From assembly GCA_030699445.1 (NCBI GenBank), contig JAUYMO010000015.1, forward strand, positions 1-16,516: 16,516 nt of DNA, read 5' to 3'. This stretch comes from Candidatus Giovannonibacteria bacterium (GTDB lineage Bacteria > Patescibacteriota > Minisyncoccia > UBA11713 > 2-01-FULL-45-33). Below, in pieces: positions 13,197 to 16,516 of this stretch. The number at the start of each line of letters is the position of its first letter. The first letter of the stretch is position 1. The translations under genes were made by a program, and so were the position numbers. The notes below the pieces were generated by a model. The model did no database searches, was not told where the DNA came from, and saw nothing but the letters and a program-made list of their open reading frames with translations.

Positions 13197-13538
13197 TCAC
13201 AGCTTGCCCGCGAAATCTATAACGGCGGTGGCGAGGGCGGACGCTCCCACCAAAATAGCCGTGCCTAAAATCGTCCAGTAAAATGTGTCTTTGGCTGTTG
13301 TTAATTGCTTTTCATCGCCTCTCGCGGTCACAAAAAGCAGCCCCGCGTAAATCAGAAAAACCGTCGCTATCGGAAGGCCTATTTTGGTAACCAAATCCGC
13401 GAATTTCTGGACCACCTGTTGGAAGCTGGATGTGCTCCCGAGCGGATTTGGAAAAGTTTCGGCTGAAGCCAAAAACGGCAGAAATATTAAGGCCGGAAGC
13501 AAAGAAAAAATGAAGGTTTTTATTTTGTTTATCCGCAT
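13197..13538 (-). CDS. VirB2/TrbC-like two-helix mini-pilin paralogue (P1, with signal peptide)
   Basis: The signal peptide is MRINKIKTFIFSLLPALIFLPFLASA|ETFPNPLG. The core is GLPIATVFLIYAGLLFVTARGDEKQLTTAKDTFYWTILGTAILVGASALA. Confidence 0.7.
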   Translation of the reverse strand: MRINKIKTFIFSLLPALIFLPFLASAETFPNPLGSTSSFQQVVQKFADLVTKIGLPIATVFLIYAGLLFVTARGDEKQLTTAKDTFYWTILGTAILVGASALATAVIDFAGKL

Positions 13539-13552
13539 GGATTTATTATAAC

Positions 13553-14416
13553 TTATTTTAATGGAAAAGAAACATGGATATGATTAGTAGGCGACTTGCA
13601 ATTGTTTACCGGGGCTCCTCCTTGCGACTCGCAACGCGCGACCCCGCCGAATGAAGAAGAAGAAACTTTTGCCAGAAGGACGAGAAAAGCGCCCTGTGAT
13701 TTATTGTTTTGTGCCGGCACAATATCCACTACCGGTTGCCCCGGACCATGAGTTTGGTGGCCGGCTTCCGTTCCGCCTGTAACCACAAACGGACAAACAT
13801 TCCAGCACTCCGTTTGTAATTGGATAAGTTTTGTTGCAACATATTTTGGCAATCCTTTTAGGCTTGTGCAGGTAGTAGCTTGCTGGGTGGGGCAATCGCC
13901 TTTATTGATTGGAACTCCATTGTTGAGCAAAAGCTGTCTGGCTTCTTCGTCCGTCTGAAAAACATCTCCGGCTGGTGGTTTTTCTGTGATGGGCGGAATA
14001 ATTGGCGTAATCGGAGTGTCAATCGGCTTCTTGCAGTCTTGTATTTTTTGCCAGGCGAAAGTGGGCGAGCCCGAAACCAAAGTGTTTATGATGGTATCCA
14101 CTATCAGCCAGCCGCCGAAAGCAATGAAAATTCCGACGATTGAAGATGTGATAACTTTTTTGCCAGTTTCAATGCGATTTGGATTTCCGGCGCTGGTTGC
14201 CCAGACAATTCCGCCGATGAGAAGCGCGAGTACCAAAACCGGAAACGCCAGACCGGTCAGCGGTTTTACTAAAAAATCCACGATGTTTTTTGCCAAAGTC
14301 CAAAGGTCGCATGGCGTGCAATATTCCCCTTTGCCCAAACCGCAAGTTACAAGGCCGTCCGCCGCGAACGCCGGAAAGGCAAGAAATAAAAGATTAAAAA
14401 TTAAAAATTTTTTCAT
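13553..14416 (-). CDS. Fusion protein: signal peptide, pilin-like two-helix module, Pro/Thr/Ile linker and a Cys/His-rich C-terminal globular domain
   Basis: I place the start at MKKFLIF (ATG 14416-14414). This forms an ATGA overlap with the stop of the upstream solute-binding gene, whereas the track start at 14539 would overlap that gene by 127 nt. The N-terminal module is AFA|ADGLVTCGLGKGEYCTPCDLWTLAKNIVDFL...LIGGIVWATSAGNPNRIETGKKVITSSIVGIFIAFGGWLIV. The linker is PIDTPITPIIPPITEKPP. The C-terminal ~137 aa have 7 Cys plus VTGGTEAGHQTHGPGQPVVDI and a terminal NHIHVSF. Confidence 0.75.
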   Translation of the reverse strand: MKKFLIFNLLFLAFPAFAADGLVTCGLGKGEYCTPCDLWTLAKNIVDFLVKPLTGLAFPVLVLALLIGGIVWATSAGNPNRIETGKKVITSSIVGIFIAFGGWLIVDTIINTLVSGSPTFAWQKIQDCKKPIDTPITPIIPPITEKPPAGDVFQTDEEARQLLLNNGVPINKGDCPTQQATTCTSLKGLPKYVATKLIQLQTECWNVCPFVVTGGTEAGHQTHGPGQPVVDIVPAQNNKSQGAFLVLLAKVSSSSFGGVARCESQGGAPVNNCKSPTNHIHVSFPLK

Positions 14417-15699
14417 ATTGCTTGGAGCCTGGCTTTGGCTTTTTCCAATGAATCCCGCAGGGTGAACCTCCCCACGGCCATGTCTTCTATTAAAGTCCTG
14501 AAAATTTGGTCGGTAAGCGCGGGGTCGGGATTTGGCCAAAGTTTAAGCGCCAAAACCGAATTCGCGAAAACCGAGCGCGTAGATTCTTTTTGATAAACCG
14601 GCAGGACATCGCGCCGAAGGGAAACATTTCCGGTTTTATCCGCGTAACTTGCCGAATTTTCCGCGCTTGATAAAAATTGTATGAATTGCCAGGCCTGCGT
14701 TTGGTTGCGCGACGCTTTTGGCACGGCCAGGGCGAAAATTTCCCCGCCGGTTACGGGGCGCGCGGCGCCGGCTAATTGCGGTAAAAGCGCTGCGGAAAAA
14801 GACAGGTGCGCGTTTTTATTTTTTATTTCATTGTATTCCGAAATTTTACCGAAATACATGGCAAGTTTGCCATTTGTAAAAGCGTCTTGTGCTTCGGGCA
14901 ACGCGCTAGACCAGCTTTGTGAATTTTTTTTGGGATTCGCGAAATCGGTTATGAATTGCAGGGAAGATTCAGCGGGGTGCAAAGTAACCTCGCCGATGTT
15001 TATTGGTTCGTTCAGCGCGACTTCTCCCGAATCGTTTATAATTTTTTCTCCGGATTGCAAAAAAAGCGTTGTTAAAATAAGCGGTGCGTTTTCTATATTT
15101 CCCGCCCGGCCCAGAGCCGCGCCGGATATGACGATATTTCCTGAAGAATCTTTTTTTGTGAGCTTCGCGGCGACGTTTAAAAATTCATCCCAGGTTTTGG
15201 GAGGCGAAGCGATGAAATCTTTTGTGAAAAGGTCGTTATTTATAAAAAGCGCCAAGGGGTCGGCATAAAACGGAACACCGATAACTTCTTTTTTCGCGCC
15301 TAGAAACGCCGAGGCCGCTTCAACATATTGCTGGCTGATTTCCCGTTCGGTAAATAAAATCGCGGGAGCAGTTGAGAGCTTGTCTTTGTGTTTTTTAAGA
15401 AAATCGGAAGGGAAAACGACAATGTCCGGTGCTTCGCCGCGGGCGATGGCGTTTAAAAAATCGCTTTCAAAATTCGCGATATCTTTTTTTGAATATTTCA
15501 CGTCAAAATTTTGATGGGCCTCGGCGTATTTTAAAACCAAATCTCTTACGGCGCCCTCGTCGCCAAACCCCCACATAGTAATGCTCGCTCCGCCCTCTCC
15601 GCCGGTTTTTAATCCGGGCACGATTCCGGTAACGATTAAAACGGCTATGACCACTATAACGATTGCCCCTCCTATTATTATGATTTGCAGTTTGTTCAT
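14413..15699 (-). CDS. Extracellular solute-binding protein (ABC-type, family 1-like) with an N-terminal membrane anchor
   Basis: The TM anchor is IIIIGGAIVIVVIAVLIVTGIV. The SBP_bac_1/8-like pattern includes ITMWGF...APDIVVFPSDFL...VIGVPFYADPLALFINNDLF...PPKTWDEFLNVAAKLTKKD...GKLAMYFG...ALLPQ...TGGEIFALAVPKASRNQTQAWQFIQFLSS. Confidence 0.8.
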   Translation of the reverse strand: MNKLQIIIIGGAIVIVVIAVLIVTGIVPGLKTGGEGGASITMWGFGDEGAVRDLVLKYAEAHQNFDVKYSKKDIANFESDFLNAIARGEAPDIVVFPSDFLKKHKDKLSTAPAILFTEREISQQYVEAASAFLGAKKEVIGVPFYADPLALFINNDLFTKDFIASPPKTWDEFLNVAAKLTKKDSSGNIVISGAALGRAGNIENAPLILTTLFLQSGEKIINDSGEVALNEPINIGEVTLHPAESSLQFITDFANPKKNSQSWSSALPEAQDAFTNGKLAMYFGKISEYNEIKNKNAHLSFSAALLPQLAGAARPVTGGEIFALAVPKASRNQTQAWQFIQFLSSAENSASYADKTGNVSLRRDVLPVYQKESTRSVFANSVLALKLWPNPDPALTDQIFRTLIEDMAVGRFTLRDSLEKAKARLQAI

Positions 15700-15706
15700 G
15701 CTGATT

Positions 15707-16240
15707 TTATTTATTAAAAATTAATCCGTAATGATGGCTTCCGGCGGAAAATTCTTTATAAAAAGAAAAGCCTGCGCTTGTTAAAATTGTTTTGGCTTCA
15801 TCTTTTCCGACGCGGTGGTCCATGGAAGGCCCGCCTAAGGATGAATCTTCGCTCCATTCCACCGCCATCAAGCTTCCGCCTTTCCGCAAAATCCGATAGG
15901 CCTCCTGGGCGACGGCGTTTTTATTTTGTGCTTGGAAAAGGATATTTGAAATTAAAACCTTATCAATGCTTTCGTCACGGATGCCGGAACCCCTAGGCAT
16001 CTCAAGGTCCGCCCGCTGGGGCTCAATATTAAAAAGATGGAATAATTTTATTTTGGCGCGTGTCGCCTCCAAAGCTTCAGGACGGATATCCAAAGCGTAA
16101 ATTTTGCCGTTGGGCCCGACGCGCTGGCCCAAAGGCACGGAAAAAAAACCCGCCCCGCACCCAAAATCGGCGATTTTCTCGCCCGGCCTCACGTCCCAGA
16201 CATCAATCGCTTCTTCAGGATTTAAAAACAAATCTGCCAT
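15707..16240 (-). CDS. Class I SAM-dependent methyltransferase
   Basis: Motif I is KIADFGCGAGFFS, the post-I acidic residue is in IYALDI, and a Methyltransf_11-like block follows (IDKVLISNILFQ...AYRILRKGGSLMAVEW). Confidence 0.8.
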   Translation of the reverse strand: MADLFLNPEEAIDVWDVRPGEKIADFGCGAGFFSVPLGQRVGPNGKIYALDIRPEALEATRAKIKLFHLFNIEPQRADLEMPRGSGIRDESIDKVLISNILFQAQNKNAVAQEAYRILRKGGSLMAVEWSEDSSLGGPSMDHRVGKDEAKTILTSAGFSFYKEFSAGSHHYGLIFNK

Positions 16241-16255
16241 GAGTTGATTATAACA

Positions 16256-16516
16256 CTATTTCCTCTGCCTTCGTATGAAAGCGGGGATAGAGTCCCATTC
16301 GCTCTCGTCGGAATTATTTTTGTTTTGAACTTGCACGCCGGAAGATTTTCCCGCCGGATTTGCGGAAACCGGATTATTTTTTTGCGCGATTGCCGGACTG
16401 AATAAAGTCGCCGATTTGCCTATGTGATCGTCCGGAAAGCCGGAGGCGATGACGGTTATTTTAATGTCTCCCTTTTTCAAACGTTCGTCCTGAATCGCGC
16501 CGAAAATAATTTTAGC
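16256..16516 (-). CDS. ftsZ: Cell division protein FtsZ, C-terminal part (5' end lies outside the window)
   Basis: The frame is open to the window edge. AKIIFGAIQDERLKKGDIKITVIASGF is the end of the FtsZ globular core. A disordered linker follows, then the conserved C-terminal peptide (DSIPAFIRRQRK). Confidence 0.85.
   Translation of the reverse strand, partial: AKIIFGAIQDERLKKGDIKITVIASGFPDDHIGKSATLFSPAIAQKNNPVSANPAGKSSGVQVQNKNNSDESEWDSIPAFIRRQRK

Noticed and set aside
13880-15268. Plus-strand ORFs of 87, 159 and 195 aa (13880-14143, 13986-14465, 14681-15268) opposite the pilin-fusion and solute-binding genes
   Set aside because: The minus-strand frames carry clear signal-peptide, pilin-core and SBP motifs. 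The plus-strand translations are compositionally odd (S/A/F/C-rich) and span gene junctions, so I treat them as shadow ORFs.
1-16516. Alternative genetic code with TGA read as Gly, as in some CPR lineages. I considered this because of the in-frame TGA inside the XRE-like remnant at 5774-5776.
   Set aside because: TGA closes well-conserved genes at their expected ends: infB ends ...LEIFE-TGA, and the solute-binding gene and P1 also end in TGA. I saw no conserved gene needing TGA read-through, so the standard bacterial code fits.
1-16516. A CRISPR array, IS element, transposase, integrase or recognisable defence genes
   Set aside because: I saw no regularly spaced direct repeats of 24-40 nt. 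No ORF carries DDE, tyrosine- or serine-recombinase, Cas, restriction-enzyme or nuclease-helicase motifs.

Overview
The gene content suggests a chromosomal segment from a small-genome, CPR/Patescibacteria-type bacterium. This is an inference from an IF-2 that starts at the G domain, DUF5652 and DUF4446 proteins, VirB2/TrbC-like mini-pilins and many short genes. The standard code applies, because TGA closes conserved genes such as infB. I can support about 27 protein-coding genes and 8 tRNA genes: Arg-CCT, Ala-GGC, Ser-CGA, Lys-CTT, Cys-GCA, Leu-TAG, Gly-GCC and Leu-TAA. I also call two hairpin terminators and a few promoter or RBS candidates. Housekeeping calls include an Mpg-family glycosylase, a glutaredoxin-like protein, HtrA, an ECF sigma factor with a membrane partner, infB-rbfA, acylphosphatase, uppS, a SAM methyltransferase and the ftsZ 3' end. 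I saw no CRISPR array, transposase or integrase. The most unusual content is a tightly packed minus-strand cluster at 10636-15699. It encodes a membrane-anchored solute-binding protein that overlaps, by ATGA, a pilin-like protein fused to a Cys/His-rich domain. Four small two-helix VirB2/TrbC-like paralogues follow, then a 512-aa secreted protein with three Ig-like repeats, a proline-rich linker and a PepSY-like end. No secretion ATPase, channel or sortase is visible in the window, so I read this as a candidate uncharacterised surface-filament or adhesion module. Secondary observations are an AT-rich islet next to the tRNA-Ser 3' end (4736-6234) with an XRE-HTH remnant, a minimal SET-domain gene beside tRNA-Gly, a structured convergent intergenic region, and nested GC hairpins inside the glycosylase gene. 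All protein calls rest on motif recognition by eye; no database search was possible.
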